A stretch of 59,641 nt of DNA from Dehalococcoidia bacterium. Its GTDB lineage: Bacteria; Chloroflexota; Dehalococcoidia; UBA2979. A model generated the notes under the pieces. The model did no database searches. It was not told where the DNA came from and saw nothing but the letters and a program-made list of their open reading frames with translations. Below are positions 1-10,363 of this stretch, in pieces. The stretch lies in the NCBI GenBank assembly GCA_023228765.1, contig JALOAM010000001.1:1-59641 (forward strand). Reading direction: 5' to 3'. The position numbers were made by a program, and so were the translations under genes. The number at the start of each line of letters is the position of its first letter. The stretch's first letter is position 1.

Positions 1-71
1 TCCCCTCGCAGACCGCCTACTGGTTCGCGTGGTCCGGAGCGTTCCCGGACACGGAGGTGTGGCTGCCCTAG
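1..71 (+). CDS. 3' end of a CDS running off the window start (tail ...PSQTAYWFAWSGAFPDTEVWLP*)
   Basis: Frame 3 is open from base 3 to TAG at 69-71. The aromatic tail resembles DUF3179-type C-termini from memory only. Too short to assign. Confidence 0.3.
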   Translation, partial: PSQTAYWFAWSGAFPDTEVWLP

Positions 72-397
72 GAAGCCTCCGCTCGATCCTCGGAGGGCTC
101 CGGGACATCCCTGAGTTGACGGCACCCCTGCAACACCTACACTTGCTGCGTTATGGCGTGCATCACTCGTCGCACCGCCCCCGCCTTGCAGGTCGCCCCG
201 CGCGACCTCGGCCTCCTCGTACTCGTACTTAGCTAGGCGACGCCGCGCATCGCGCTGCGTCGCCTGCCGCCCGATCTGGGCGGCCACCGGTGTCCCTCGA
301 TAGAGGGTGCGCCCAACCAGTCATGTCTCGAACCAGCCGGCCCCCCAGAAGCAGAGAAGCACTGAAGCAACCCGGCCTGTAGCGAAGGAATCCAGCG

Positions 398-2107
398 ATG
401 AGCCCCACCCCCAATGGCACCCGCATGAGCGGCGCCGACATCGTCCTCGAGTGCCTGAAGCGCCTCGAGGTCGACACGGTGTTCGGGTACCCGGGTGGGG
501 CGGTACTGCCCCTGTACGACCGGTTCCCGGCGCACCCGGAGATCCGGCACATCCTGGTCCGGCACGAGCAGGGCGGCGGACACGCCGCGGACGGCTACGC
601 CCGCGCCTCCGGCCGCCTCGGCGTCGCGATCGGCACGAGTGGTCCCGGCGCGACGAACCTGGTCACCGCGATCGCCACGGCGCACATCGACAGCGTGCCC
701 ACGCTGTTCCTGACCGGGAACGTGACCCGCGCCCTGATCGGGCGGGACGGGTTCCAGGAGGCGGACATCACCGGCATCACGATGCCGACGGTGAAGCACA
801 ACTACCTGGTCATGCGCGCCGCTGACATCGCGCCGACGATCGCGGAGGCCGCCTTCCTCGCGACCACCGGGCGGAAGGGCGCCGTCCACGTGGACATCCC
901 GAAGGACGTGTTCATCGAGGAGGCCGAGTTCAACTGGCCGGACACGATCTCGATCCGCGGCTACCGCATCCCCGGTCCCGCCGACGCGGAGGAGGTCCGC
1001 CGGGCCGCCGAGGTGATCGACGCGGCGGAGCGCCCCGTGATCTTCGCGGGCCACGGCGTGATCCAGTCCGGCGCCTCGGATGACCTCCGCCGGTTCGCGG
1101 AGAAGGGCGGCATCCCCGTCCTGAACACGCTGCTGGGCCTGGGGAGCATCTCCCCGGACCACGCGCTGTCCTACGGGATGATGGGGATGCACGGGTCCTA
1201 CTGGGCGAACCACACCGCGAGCAACGCGGACGTGATCATCGGGCTGGGCATGCGCATGGACGACCGTGCGCTGGGCCGCTTCGCGGACATGAACCCCACC
1301 GCCACGATCGTCCACGTGGACATCGACCCCGCGGAGCACGCGAAGAACCTGCCGACCGCCCATCCGATCGTCGGGGACCTTGCGCAGGTGCTCCCGCAGC
1401 TGACCGAGGCGATCGAGGCGCGCACCCACGTCGAGTGGATCCGCTGGATCGACACCATGCGGAACGAGCACCGGCAGTCCATGTCCGTGCCGTCCGGCCA
1501 GGAGCTGACGCAGCAGTTCGCGATCACCAAGATCGCGGAGTTCATCGGCCCGGAGGCCGTCCTCACCACGGGCGTCGGGCAGCACCAGATGTGGGCGGCG
1601 CAGTTCGGCCACGTCGCGCGCCCGCGGCAGTTCATCACCTCGGGCGGCCTCGGCACGATGGGGTTCGAGGTGCCTGCGGCGATGGGCGCGCAGGTGGCGT
1701 GCGCGGACCGCGCCGTGTGGACGATCTGCGGTGACGGCGGCTTCCAGATGACGTTCCAGGAGATCGCCACCATGGTGGACGAGCGTCTGCCCGTGAAGAT
1801 GGCGATCATGAATAACGGGTTCCTGGGCATGGTGCGCCAGTGGCAGGAGCTGTTCCACGGGAACAACTACGTGGCGGTCCACATGTCCCAGCCGGACTTC
1901 GTGAAGATCGCGGAGGCTTACGGCATCCACGGCATCCGCGTCACGGACCAGTCCCAGGTGGAAGACGCCATCCGCGAGGCGGCGGCGTACCCCGGTCCGG
2001 TGATCCTGGACTTCCAGGTGACGGCGGAGGACAACGTCTGGCCCATGGTGCCCGCCGGCGCCGCCCTCAACGAGACCATCGAGGCCCCCGTCCGGGTGAC
2101 TCACTAG
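398..2107 (+). CDS. ilvB: acetolactate synthase large (catalytic) subunit, ThDP-dependent
   Basis: 569-aa ORF. N-terminus GADIVLECLKRLEVDTVFGYPGGAVLPLYD and ThDP motif GGLGTMGFEVPAAMGA...GDGGFQM are typical of AHAS. Followed by ilvN and ilvC. Confidence 0.95.
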   Translation: MSPTPNGTRMSGADIVLECLKRLEVDTVFGYPGGAVLPLYDRFPAHPEIRHILVRHEQGGGHAADGYARASGRLGVAIGTSGPGATNLVTAIATAHIDSVPTLFLTGNVTRALIGRDGFQEADITGITMPTVKHNYLVMRAADIAPTIAEAAFLATTGRKGAVHVDIPKDVFIEEAEFNWPDTISIRGYRIPGPADAEEVRRAAEVIDAAERPVIFAGHGVIQSGASDDLRRFAEKGGIPVLNTLLGLGSISPDHALSYGMMGMHGSYWANHTASNADVIIGLGMRMDDRALGRFADMNPTATIVHVDIDPAEHAKNLPTAHPIVGDLAQVLPQLTEAIEARTHVEWIRWIDTMRNEHRQSMSVPSGQELTQQFAITKIAEFIGPEAVLTTGVGQHQMWAAQFGHVARPRQFITSGGLGTMGFEVPAAMGAQVACADRAVWTICGDGGFQMTFQEIATMVDERLPVKMAIMNNGFLGMVRQWQELFHGNNYVAVHMSQPDFVKIAEAYGIHGIRVTDQSQVEDAIREAAAYPGPVILDFQVTAEDNVWPMVPAGAALNETIEAPVRVTH

Positions 2108-2131
2108 CCCGGAGCCCAGGAGGCAACTGAC

Positions 2132-2761
2132 ATGACGACGATGACCCCCGCTGCCACGACGACGTCGGCCACTTCGGCCACGCCGAACAAGCACACGCTC
2201 GCCGCGCTGGTGGAGAACCGGCCCGGCGTCCTCAACCGGGTCGCCAGCATGTTCCGGCGGCGCGGCTTCAACATCGACTCCCTCGCCGTGGGCACCACGG
2301 AGGAGGAGGGCGTCTCCCGCATGACCATCGTGGTCGAGGGGCCGCCGGAGATCGGCGACCAGGTGCGCAAGCAGCTGGACAAGCTGATCGACGTGATCAC
2401 GGTGGAGCCGCTCTCCGAGCAGGAGGCGATCACGCGCGAGCTGGCCCTGATCAAGGTCGTCGCGCGGCCGGACCAGCGGCGCGAGATCCTGGACCTGATC
2501 GCGATCTTCCGTGCGCAGGTAGTGGATGTCTCGCAGACCACGCTGGTGGTGCAGCTGACCGCGGCCGGGGACACCCTGGACGCGCTGATCGAGAACTTGC
2601 GGCCGTACGGCATTCGGGAGATGGTGCGCACCGGCCGCATCGCCCTCGCCCGGGGCGCGCGCACGACAGCGACCCACCAGCACGAGCCGGAGGCACTGCG
2701 ACGCTTCCACCAGGAGTCCGGCCGTCGCCCGGAGGGCGACCTGCCGTACACCACGAAGTAG
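2132..2761 (+). CDS. ilvN: acetolactate synthase small (regulatory, ACT-domain) subunit
   Basis: HTLAALVENRPGVLNRVASMFRRRGFNIDSLAVG is the classical IlvN ACT signature. GGAGG-type RBS upstream. About 40-aa C-terminal extension. Confidence 0.9.
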   Translation: MTTMTPAATTTSATSATPNKHTLAALVENRPGVLNRVASMFRRRGFNIDSLAVGTTEEEGVSRMTIVVEGPPEIGDQVRKQLDKLIDVITVEPLSEQEAITRELALIKVVARPDQRREILDLIAIFRAQVVDVSQTTLVVQLTAAGDTLDALIENLRPYGIREMVRTGRIALARGARTTATHQHEPEALRRFHQESGRRPEGDLPYTTK

Positions 2762-2876
2762 GGCACAAACGCAATCCAGCGCACCACCCGCCGGCGAGGA
2801 TGCCCGGCGGTGAACAGCAGACGCGAGTCCGCGACGTGCGGTCCGCGATCCATGAAGGACTGAGGAGACCGAACCC

Positions 2877-3869
2877 GTGGCGAAGATCTACTACGACTCC
2901 GACGCCGACCTGAGCGTGCTGAACGGCCGCACGGTCGGCATCATCGGGTTCGGCTCGCAGGGGCACGCACACGCCCAGAACCTGCACGACTCCGGCGTCA
3001 ACGTCGTCGTCGGCCTGTACCCCGGCTCGAAGTCGTGGAAGAAGGTGGAGGAGGCCGGCCTGCGCGTCGGCACCGTGGATGAGGTCGCCCAGGAGGCGGA
3101 CGTCATCATGATCCTCACCCCGGACCAGGTCCAGAAGAAGATCTACGACGACCACATCGCCCCGCACCTGACCGCCGGCAAGACGCTGATGTTCGCCCAC
3201 GGGTTCAACATCCACTTCAACGCGATCCGCCCGCCGGAGGACGTGGACGTCACGATGATCGCCCCGAAGGGGCCGGGCCACCTCGTGCGGCGCGTGTTCG
3301 TGGAGGGCGGCGCAGTCCCCGCGCTGGTCGCCGTCCACCAGGACGCGACGGAGGGCGCCCTCGCCACGGCGCTGGCGTACGGCAAGGGCATCGGCTCCAC
3401 CCGCTCCGGGATCCTGGAGACGACGTTCCGCGAGGAGACCGAGACCGACCTGTTCGGCGAGCAGGCGATCCTCTGCGGCGGCCTGACCCAGATGATCAAG
3501 AATGCCTTCGAGACCCTGGTGGAGGCCGGCTACCAGCCGGAGTCCGCCTACTTCGAGACGTTCCACGAGGTGAAGCTGATCGTCGACCTCATGTACGAGG
3601 GCGGCATGGCGAAGATGCGCGACTCGATCTCGGACACCGCGGAGTACGGGGACTACACCCGCGGCCCGCGCGTCGCCCCGCCGGAGCAGAAGGCGGAGAT
3701 GAAGAAGATCCTCCGCGAGATCCAGACGGGCCAGTTCGCGCGAGAATGGATCACGGAGAACCAGGCCGGCCAGCCGCACTTCCAGGCCCTGCGACGCATC
3801 AACGCCGAGCACCCCATCGAGGAAGTCGGCGAGGAAGTCCGCGGCATGATGTCGTGGCTGGGCAAGTAA
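2877..3869 (+). CDS. ilvC: ketol-acid reductoisomerase (class I)
   Basis: [34 protein letters not shown] Rossmann N-terminus. 330 aa. GTG start with a GAGGAG RBS. Confidence 0.95.
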   Translation: MAKIYYDSDADLSVLNGRTVGIIGFGSQGHAHAQNLHDSGVNVVVGLYPGSKSWKKVEEAGLRVGTVDEVAQEADVIMILTPDQVQKKIYDDHIAPHLTAGKTLMFAHGFNIHFNAIRPPEDVDVTMIAPKGPGHLVRRVFVEGGAVPALVAVHQDATEGALATALAYGKGIGSTRSGILETTFREETETDLFGEQAILCGGLTQMIKNAFETLVEAGYQPESAYFETFHEVKLIVDLMYEGGMAKMRDSISDTAEYGDYTRGPRVAPPEQKAEMKKILREIQTGQFAREWITENQAGQPHFQALRRINAEHPIEEVGEEVRGMMSWLGK

Positions 3870-4010
3870 CACCGGGTGAGTAGCGCGCTGGGCTAGTCAC
3901 AGCCGAGCGAGCAGAGACTGAGACGATGACGAACACCCCCGCGAGTCGCACGACGGAAGCTGTACGCGTATGCGTCAGCGGTGTCGTCGTGCCCTCGCTG
4001 GGGGCAGTCC

Positions 4011-4036
4011 GTGAGGCCGGTGCAGACCGGCCTCAC
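4011..4036 (+). promoter_or_regulatory. perfect 10-bp GC hairpin (GTGAGGCCGG-TGCAGA-CCGGCCTCAC) in the 304-nt ilvC-leuA spacer
   Basis: Read directly. No U tract follows. Possible attenuator or processing element; function unknown. Confidence 0.3.
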
Positions 4037-4173
4037 GCGTTCCCCGCGCGACTGACCGCGCTCCTCCTTGGCCTCGTCCTTACGCAGCCCTCCGCTGCCG
4101 CGCGTTCGGCGTGGCGGATGGGAGGGCACGAGGACCACCCGACCGGCTGAGGACACCCCGAAGGGGCACCGAT

Positions 4174-5727
4174 ATGAGCGACACCGACAAGATCTACGTC
4201 TTCGACACCACGCTGCGGGATGGCGAGCAGTCCGCCGGCATCGCCTTCACCATGGACGAGAAGGTGGAGATCGCCCGCCAGCTCGCCAAGCTGAACGTGG
4301 ACATCATCGAGGCTGGCTTCCCGGCCACCTCCCCCGGCGACCGCGAGGCGATCGCGCAGATCGCCCGCGACGTGAAGGGCCCGGTCATCGCCGGCCTCGC
4401 GCGGGCCGTCCACGCGGACATCGACCACGCCTACGAGGCCGTACGGGGCGCCGAGGCCCCACGCATCCACGTGTTCCTCTCGTCCAGCGAGATCCACATG
4501 GGCCAGCAGCTCCACAAGAACCGCGAGGACATCCTGGGGATGACCCGTTCCGCCGTGGCGCACGCGAAGAAGTACGTCTCGGACGTCGAGTTCTCGCCGA
4601 TGGACGCCTCCCGCTCCGACCGCGCGTTCCTGTACCAGGTGCTGCAGGCCGCCATCGAAGAGGGCGCGACCACGGTGAACATCCCGGACACCGTGGGCTA
4701 CGCCATCCCGGAGGAGTTCGAGGACCTGATCCGCTCGATCATCGCGAACGTGCCGAACATCGACCGCGCGCGGGTCTCCGTGCACTGCCAGAACGACCTG
4801 GGCATGGCGACCGCGAACTCGCTCGCCGGCATCCTCGGCGGGGCTCGGCAGGTGGAGGGCACGATCAACGGCATCGGGGAGCGCGCGGGCAACGCAGCGC
4901 TCGAGGAAGTCGTGCTCGCGATCGCGACGCGCCCGGACTTCCTCCACGTCCACACGGACGTGAACACGCGGGAGTTCTACGCCGCCAGCAAGCTGGTGGA
5001 GCGCTACTCCGGCATGATGCTGCAACCGCACAAGGCGGTCGTGGGCAAGAACGCGTTCCGGCACTCCTCCGGCATCCACCAGGACGGCGTCCTGAAGATG
5101 CGCGAGACGTACGAGATCATGGACCCCGCGAGCATCGGCATCCCCGAAGGCTCCTCGATCGTCCTGACGAAGGTGTCCGGCTCGCACGCGGTGAAGGCGC
5201 GCCTCGCCGACCTCGGCATCACGCCGGACGACACGGAGTTCAACCGCATCTTCGAGGCGTTCAAGGACGTCGCGGACGCGAAGGACGAGGTGGACGACCG
5301 CGACCTGATGGCGATCGTCTCGGAGCAGACGCAGATCAGCGTGAAGGACCAGTGGACGCTGGACCTCGTGCAGGTCTCCAGCAGCGACCACGGCGCTCCC
5401 ACCGCCTCCGTCCGCCTGCTGGACGTGGACGGCCAGCCTCGGCAGGACGCGGCGATCGGGACCGGGCCGGTGGACGCGATCTACCGCGCGATCAACCGGG
5501 TCACGGGGGTGGATAATGAACTCATCGAGTTCAGCGTGAAGTCCGTGACCGAAGGCATCGACGCCCAGGGCGAGGTGACGATCCGCATCCAGACGGACGC
5601 GGGCGTGTACCAGGGCCGGGCGGCGGACACGGACATCCTCGTGGCGTCCGCGCGGGCATACGTCCACGCGGTCAACCGCTCGATCGCGGCGGCCCAGCAG
5701 GCGGAGCGCGTGACGGCGAACGCGTAA
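4174..5727 (+). CDS. leuA: 2-isopropylmalate synthase
   Basis: [20 protein letters not shown]... HMGL-like TIM barrel plus C-terminal LeuA dimerisation/regulatory domain. Start moved from the ORF-track 4111 to the ATG at 4174, which gives the canonical N-terminus. Confidence 0.92.
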   Translation: MSDTDKIYVFDTTLRDGEQSAGIAFTMDEKVEIARQLAKLNVDIIEAGFPATSPGDREAIAQIARDVKGPVIAGLARAVHADIDHAYEAVRGAEAPRIHVFLSSSEIHMGQQLHKNREDILGMTRSAVAHAKKYVSDVEFSPMDASRSDRAFLYQVLQAAIEEGATTVNIPDTVGYAIPEEFEDLIRSIIANVPNIDRARVSVHCQNDLGMATANSLAGILGGARQVEGTINGIGERAGNAALEEVVLAIATRPDFLHVHTDVNTREFYAASKLVERYSGMMLQPHKAVVGKNAFRHSSGIHQDGVLKMRETYEIMDPASIGIPEGSSIVLTKVSGSHAVKARLADLGITPDDTEFNRIFEAFKDVADAKDEVDDRDLMAIVSEQTQISVKDQWTLDLVQVSSSDHGAPTASVRLLDVDGQPRQDAAIGTGPVDAIYRAINRVTGVDNELIEFSVKSVTEGIDAQGEVTIRIQTDAGVYQGRAADTDILVASARAYVHAVNRSIAAAQQAERVTANA

Positions 5728-5828
5728 GGGCCGGATGGACAGCAGTCGGTAGGAACAGGCAGAGACGCCCTCGGAGGCGGCAGAGTCCTCCGAGGACAGC
5801 CCTCGGAACCAACGGAGAAGGCATCCCC

Positions 5829-7232
5829 GTGGCGAAGACGATCATCGAGAAGATCTGGGAGCAGCATGTCGTGCGGTCCGCCGCCGGCGAACCGGACCTG
5901 CTCTACATCGACCTGCACCTGGTGCACGAGGTGACCAGCCCGCAGGCGTTCGAGAGCCTCCGGATGAGCGGCCGGAAGGTGCGCCGCCCGGACCTCACGC
6001 TCGCCACGGTCGACCACAACGTGCCCACCACCAACCGGAGCGAGCCGAACCCGGACCCCCTGTCCGCACAGCAGATCGAGACGCTGCGCGAGAACGCGAA
6101 GGAGTTCGGCGTCCCGCTGTGGGACATCTTCGACATCCGGCAGGGCATCGTGCACATCATCAGCCCGGAGCACGGCCTCACCCAGCCGGGCATGACGATC
6201 GTCTGCGGTGACTCGCACACCTCCACGCACGGTGCCTTCGGCGCGCTCGCGTTCGGCATCGGCACGTCCGAGGTGGAGCACGTGCTGGCCACCCAGACGC
6301 TGCCGCAGTCGAGGCCGAAGACGATGGCGGTGGAGGTCACCGGCAAGCTCCACGAGGGCGTCACGGCGAAGGACGTGGTCCTCGCGATCATCCGCAAGAT
6401 CGGCGTCGACGGTGGCGTCGGCCACGTCATCGAGTACCGCGGCGAGGTCATCCGCAACCTCTCGATGGAAGAGCGGATGACGATCTGCAACATGACGATC
6501 GAGGGCGGCGCGCGCGCCGGCCTCGTCGCGCCGGACGAGACCACCTTCGAGTACCTCAAAGGCCGCGAGTTCGCCCCGAAGGGCGAGGCGTGGGACCAGA
6601 CCGTCGAGATGTGGCGCGCACTGACCACGGACGAGGGCGCCACGTTCGACACCGTGGTCACGCTCCGCGGCGAGGACATCGAGCCGCACGTGACCTGGGG
6701 CACGACGCCCGCTCAGAGCGTGGGCGTGACCCAGGCCGTCCCCGCGCCGGCGGAGGCCGCGACGGCGTCCGCCCGCGAGACGGCGGAACGCTCCCTGAAG
6801 TACATGGACCTCGAAGCCGGGACCCCCATCGAGAGCATCGCCCTCGACCGCGTGTTCATCGGCTCATGCACGAACGGGCGGATCGAGGACCTGCGCGCCG
6901 CGGCCGGCATCGTGAAGGGCCACAAGATCGCGGCCGGCATCCACGGGATGGTGGTGCCGGGCTCCGGCCTCGTGAAGCAGCAGGCGGAGGCCGAAGGCCT
7001 CCACCAGGTGTTCCTCGACGCCGGGTTCGAGTGGCGCGAGCCGGGGTGCTCGATGTGCCTGGGCATGAACCCGGACATCCTGCTGCCGGGCGAGCGCTGC
7101 GCCTCCACCAGCAACCGCAACTTCGAGGGCCGGCAGGGCGCCGGCGGCCGCACCCACCTCGTGTCCCCCCAGATGGCCGCCGCCGCCGCCATCGAGGGCC
7201 ACTTCGTGGACATCCGGAATTGGAAGAAGTAG
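5829..7232 (+). CDS. leuC: 3-isopropylmalate dehydratase large subunit
   Basis: Aconitase-family ORF of 467 aa ([13 protein letters not shown]..., [33 protein letters not shown]). leuD follows immediately. Confidence 0.95.
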   Translation: MAKTIIEKIWEQHVVRSAAGEPDLLYIDLHLVHEVTSPQAFESLRMSGRKVRRPDLTLATVDHNVPTTNRSEPNPDPLSAQQIETLRENAKEFGVPLWDIFDIRQGIVHIISPEHGLTQPGMTIVCGDSHTSTHGAFGALAFGIGTSEVEHVLATQTLPQSRPKTMAVEVTGKLHEGVTAKDVVLAIIRKIGVDGGVGHVIEYRGEVIRNLSMEERMTICNMTIEGGARAGLVAPDETTFEYLKGREFAPKGEAWDQTVEMWRALTTDEGATFDTVVTLRGEDIEPHVTWGTTPAQSVGVTQAVPAPAEAATASARETAERSLKYMDLEAGTPIESIALDRVFIGSCTNGRIEDLRAAAGIVKGHKIAAGIHGMVVPGSGLVKQQAEAEGLHQVFLDAGFEWREPGCSMCLGMNPDILLPGERCASTSNRNFEGRQGAGGRTHLVSPQMAAAAAIEGHFVDIRNWKK

Positions 7233-7236
7233 AGCC

Positions 7237-7860
7237 ATGCGTAAGGTCACTGGGGTCCAGGGTCGCGCGGTTCCGCTGAACAAGGCGGACGTGGACACGG
7301 ACCAGATCATGCCGAAGCAGTTCCTGAAGCGGATCGAGCGGTCCGGGTTCGGGCCGTATGCGTTCTACGACTGGAAGAAGGACCCGGACTTCGTCATGAA
7401 CGTCCCGGCCTACCAGGGCGCGCCGATCATGCTCGCGCAGCAGAACTTCGGGTGTGGCTCCTCCCGCGAGCACGCGGTGTGGGGGCTGGAGGACTCCGGC
7501 GTCGAGGCGATCATCGCCCCGTCCTTCGGGGACATCTTCCGCAACAACTCCTCGAAGGTCGGCCTGCTGACCATCGTGCTGCCGCAGGACGACATCGACT
7601 ACCTGATGGCCCGCCACGAGGAGCTCCCGACCGCTGAGCTGGTCGTGAACGTCGAGGCACAGACCGTCGCCGTCGCGGATGGCTCGTGGTCGCGCACGTT
7701 CGAGATCGACCCGTTCGTGAAGCACCGGCTCCTCAACGGCCTCGACGACATCGGCCTCACCCTCCAGCACGGGGACGACATCGCGAAGTTCGAGGAGACC
7801 CGCACGGAGCTGAAGCCGGACACGAAGCTCGCGGCGTTGAACTCGCTCAAGGTCGGCTAG
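7237..7860 (+). CDS. leuD: 3-isopropylmalate dehydratase small subunit
   Basis: 207 aa with the swivel-domain motif NFGCGSSREHAVWGL. Starts 4 nt after the leuC stop. Confidence 0.95.
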   Translation: MRKVTGVQGRAVPLNKADVDTDQIMPKQFLKRIERSGFGPYAFYDWKKDPDFVMNVPAYQGAPIMLAQQNFGCGSSREHAVWGLEDSGVEAIIAPSFGDIFRNNSSKVGLLTIVLPQDDIDYLMARHEELPTAELVVNVEAQTVAVADGSWSRTFEIDPFVKHRLLNGLDDIGLTLQHGDDIAKFEETRTELKPDTKLAALNSLKVG

Positions 7861-7886
7861 CACCAACATCCGTCGGACACATGCAA

Positions 7887-7916
7887 AGGGGCGGCCCCGG
7901 AGTGGGGGCCGCCCCT
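7887..7916. terminator. bidirectional GC hairpin between convergent leuD and the 7942-8367 gene
   Basis: AGGGGCGGCCCC-GGAGTG-GGGGCCGCCCCT is a perfect 12-bp stem. T-containing tails lie on both strands (TTCTG / TTTGC). Confidence 0.6.
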
Positions 7917-7941
7917 TCTGCGTTGCGCCTCTCGGAAAGCG

Positions 7942-8367
7942 TTAGCTCGCCGGGGCGAAGAGGCGCACGGTCACCTCGGTGTCCGCGGGGTCGTGCGGCT
8001 GGGAGGCCAACGGGTATGGCTGCACGTCCAGCACCTGCATCCCGTACCCACCGAGGACCACGGACGCGTCGTCCGGGCCCTGGAACGTGATCACGAACGG
8101 TTCGCCATCGTGCTCGAACTGGAGGCGAGCCTGGCCCTGCCAGATGCACATCGCGTCCGCCGGGCAACGCGAGTCCTCCAGCAGCGCGACGAACTCGACG
8201 GTCGTCCCATCCGGCAGGTCGAGGGTGTCACCGACACCGAGGACCACGGGCCGGAAACGGCCGCCATCGCCCTCGTCCGGCCCGTGCGAGACCGGCAGGT
8301 GTTGCGCCGCCATCGCCGAAGCGAACAGCCCGAGCAGGATCATCGGCAGCAAGAAGAACTTCATCAT
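7942..8367 (-). CDS. small secreted protein, unknown function (141 aa)
   Basis: C-terminal part of ORF 7942-9204. Starts at ATGATG (MMKFFLLPMILLGLFASAMAA signal peptide). Contains a DSRCPADAMCIWQG motif. The upstream part of the long ORF looks like an artefact. Confidence 0.6.
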   Translation of the reverse strand: MMKFFLLPMILLGLFASAMAAQHLPVSHGPDEGDGGRFRPVVLGVGDTLDLPDGTTVEFVALLEDSRCPADAMCIWQGQARLQFEHDGEPFVITFQGPDDASVVLGGYGMQVLDVQPYPLASQPHDPADTEVTVRLFAPAS

Positions 8368-8460
8368 CGCGGTCGCCCTCCTCGGGCAGTGGCGGATGGG
8401 GTGGATGTCGCATCGATGCTCGTGAGGGTGAGACGCCGAGGTAGGCATGGCAGTTCCCGA

Positions 8461-8507
8461 CCTCTGACCCGCTCCCCTTGAGGGGGGAGGGCTGGGACGG
8501 GGCGGAG
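8461..8507 (-). repeat. degenerate copy of the GC-rich palindromic intergenic repeat
   Basis: CCTCTGACCCGCTCCCC-TTGA-GGGGGGAGGGCTGGGACGGGGCGGAG. Shares the TCAGAGG end, the GAGGG/CCCTC hairpin and a GCGGAG flank with the other copies. Confidence 0.45.
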
Positions 8508-8568
8508 CGGTGCTCGACACGGACCACACCGGCCGCCCTCCGAGCCCCCGTGCTACGTTCCGCCTCGG

Positions 8569-9516
8569 ATGCCCACGCCACCGATGACCCGTCCTGCAAC
8601 CCTCCCCATCGAGGCGTACGCCCCACTGCGCGAGGCGCTCCCCGGTGCGCGCCCGGAGGCCGCGAGGTGGATCGGTTCCGGGTGGGGCGCCGCTGCGTTC
8701 CTCGTCCCCAGCGCGGACGGCGACTGGGTCGCGCGCGTGCCCTCGGCCGTGCCGTGGTCCGTCGAGGACCTCGAGCGCGAGGTGCGGACAGTGCCGCTGC
8801 TCGAATCGCGACCGTTCGAGGTGACCGTCCCCCGCGATGCCCGTCTCGTCCGCGACGCCGAGGGTGCGCTGCTCGCGGCCGTCCACCGGATGGTGCCGGG
8901 GAGCACCTCCAAGGGGCGCGCGCTGCGCGGTCGGGCGCGACGCGAGCACCTCGCGGGGATCGGGCGCTTCCTCGCGGTGCTCCACACGACCCCGCACGAG
9001 GCGACGCGGGCGCACGGCGTGGAGGCGCGCGACACCTGGCGCGAACTCTCGCTCCCGCGCATCGAGGAGACGATGGCGCTCGCGGGGCCGATGAGCCGCG
9101 CATGGCTCGAGGACCGCGTCCGCACGTTCGAGGCGCTCGAGCCCTCGAGCGCGACGGTCGCCCTCATCCACGGTGATCTCTCGGGCGACCACCTGCTGAT
9201 GCACGAGGACGGACGGCTCTCCGGTGTGATCGACTGGACGGAGGCGCGCCTCTCCGATCCCGCCCTCGACTTCGCGGGAGTCCTCAACCGGTTCTCCTGG
9301 CGCGACCTAGAGGTCGTGCGCGCGCACTACGACGCGCCGGTGGACGCCACGCTCATGGAGCGCGCACGCGTCTACATCGACATCGTCCCGATCTACTCCG
9401 TCACGGATGGCTACATCGCGGCCGGCGAGGCCGAACGCGCCGCCGGCCTCCGCAAGCTCGCGGCGCGTGCCGCGGCATGGGCTCGCGCGACCGGCCGAGG
9501 GAACCGCACTCGGTAG
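8569..9516 (+). CDS. aminoglycoside/choline-kinase-type phosphotransferase family protein
   Basis: Catalytic-loop and Mg-binding motifs LIHGDLSGDHLL ... VIDWTEARLSDPALDFA are typical of the APH fold. Substrate unknown. Confidence 0.75.
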   Translation: MPTPPMTRPATLPIEAYAPLREALPGARPEAARWIGSGWGAAAFLVPSADGDWVARVPSAVPWSVEDLEREVRTVPLLESRPFEVTVPRDARLVRDAEGALLAAVHRMVPGSTSKGRALRGRARREHLAGIGRFLAVLHTTPHEATRAHGVEARDTWRELSLPRIEETMALAGPMSRAWLEDRVRTFEALEPSSATVALIHGDLSGDHLLMHEDGRLSGVIDWTEARLSDPALDFAGVLNRFSWRDLEVVRAHYDAPVDATLMERARVYIDIVPIYSVTDGYIAAGEAERAAGLRKLAARAAAWARATGRGNRTR

Positions 9517-9577
9517 CACGGCGTCATATCCCTCGTAGCGCGGTCAGCTCGTCCTCGCGACGGGTGGAGGGAACCCT

Positions 9578-10252
9578 ATGGCTTTCGCACGACACCGCAT
9601 CTCGAAGCTCCTCGGCGTGGCGTTCGTCGGCGCCATGCTCGTCGTCGGCGTCGCCTGTAGCGACGACAGCGGCAACGAGGACGGACCAACCTCGACGCCG
9701 ACGAGCACCTCGACCGGCACGCCCGAGGCAACTGCGACCGAGACACCGCAAACCACCGGCGGCGGCGCAGCGGGTGGCGGCATCGAGCCCGCGAATCCGG
9801 AGGAGCCGCCGACTGGCGCGCTGGTCTCCGAAGGGGGCGAGGTGGACCTCGGCCTCGGGACGTACTGCTGGTCGCCGCCGGCGGGCAGCGGTGCCTTCGC
9901 CGGATGCGCGGACATGATCGGCATCATCACCGGCACAGAGGACCTTGCGGTCACGGCCGGCGAGGTGCTTACGGTCACCGGTGACCTCACCTGGCCGCCG
10001 ATGACGATCGCGTACGCGCAGCTGCGCCCGGCCCCCGCCGACACGGTGGTCCCGGCCGAGGGCGACTTCCGCGCCTGGTCGCCCGAGGCAGAGCCGACGG
10101 AGCTCGAGTTCGAGGCAGGCGCTCCGGACGAGCACACGATCACCCTGCCGGCTGACCTCGAACCGGGCCGCTACCTCCTCGCGGTGAACTACACCGCTGG
10201 CGAGGGCCGCGGCTCCGAGGCCACGTACGGAGCGATCCTCGTCGTCGAGTAG
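9578..10252 (+). CDS. lipoprotein, unknown function
   Basis: Lipobox LVVGVAC at the end of the signal peptide, a Thr/Pro/Gly-rich linker and GGAGGG RBS. No recognisable domain. Confidence 0.6.
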   Translation: MAFARHRISKLLGVAFVGAMLVVGVACSDDSGNEDGPTSTPTSTSTGTPEATATETPQTTGGGAAGGGIEPANPEEPPTGALVSEGGEVDLGLGTYCWSPPAGSGAFAGCADMIGIITGTEDLAVTAGEVLTVTGDLTWPPMTIAYAQLRPAPADTVVPAEGDFRAWSPEAEPTELEFEAGAPDEHTITLPADLEPGRYLLAVNYTAGEGRGSEATYGAILVVE

Positions 10253-10363
10253 TCGCTGGCCGAGGGCGCGACCCCGGCGAACACACGGCGGGGCCGGGTT
10301 ACACTCGGCCCCGTTCGCGTGTGCGCGGGCGGCCCCCTCCCTTGCTCGACGATCGGAGTCTCG

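Noticed and set aside
233-397. T-box or leader control upstream of ilvB (and of cimA at 18485-18781).
   Set aside because: I looked for the T-box consensus GGGUGGUACCGCG and for specifier-loop architecture on the coding strand and found none. GGGTGGAGAGACG before cimA is just the RBS region. Left as unresolved rather than called.
233-2710. 825-aa ORF antisense to ilvB/ilvN. Similar very long antisense or out-of-frame ORFs occur at 4033-5667, 5481-6689, 21192-22694, 23718-25166, 27171-29237, 29470-31455, 30710-32380, 46914-49262, 50913-52580 and 53602-55239.
   Set aside because: Each lies opposite or out of frame to a gene with an unmistakable family signature. Their translations are Arg/Gly/Ala/Pro-rich low-complexity strings typical of stop-codon-poor GC-rich DNA, with no RBS or domain motifs.
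3926-4150. 74-aa ORF in the ilvC-leuA spacer as a real protein.
   Set aside because: It has a weak RBS, an Arg/Ala-rich composition, and overlaps the leuA RBS region. It is kept only as a possible leader-peptide curiosity (see findings).
4111-4173. N-terminal extensions given by the ORF track for leuA (4111), leuB (10319), the lyase (12781), fliW (19848), flgG (23884), fliL (38341), flbD (40265), the receiver (41009), ABM (42830), the methyltransferase (44389), cobS (45395), M23 (48758), htrA (50053), the sulfatase (52610), the crotonase (53912), the ABC ATPase (58464) and npdG (57424).
   Set aside because: Internal starts with good Shine-Dalgarno sequences give canonical family N-termini or clean signal peptides. 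The upstream extensions are low-complexity and often overlap neighbouring genes or intergenic repeats.
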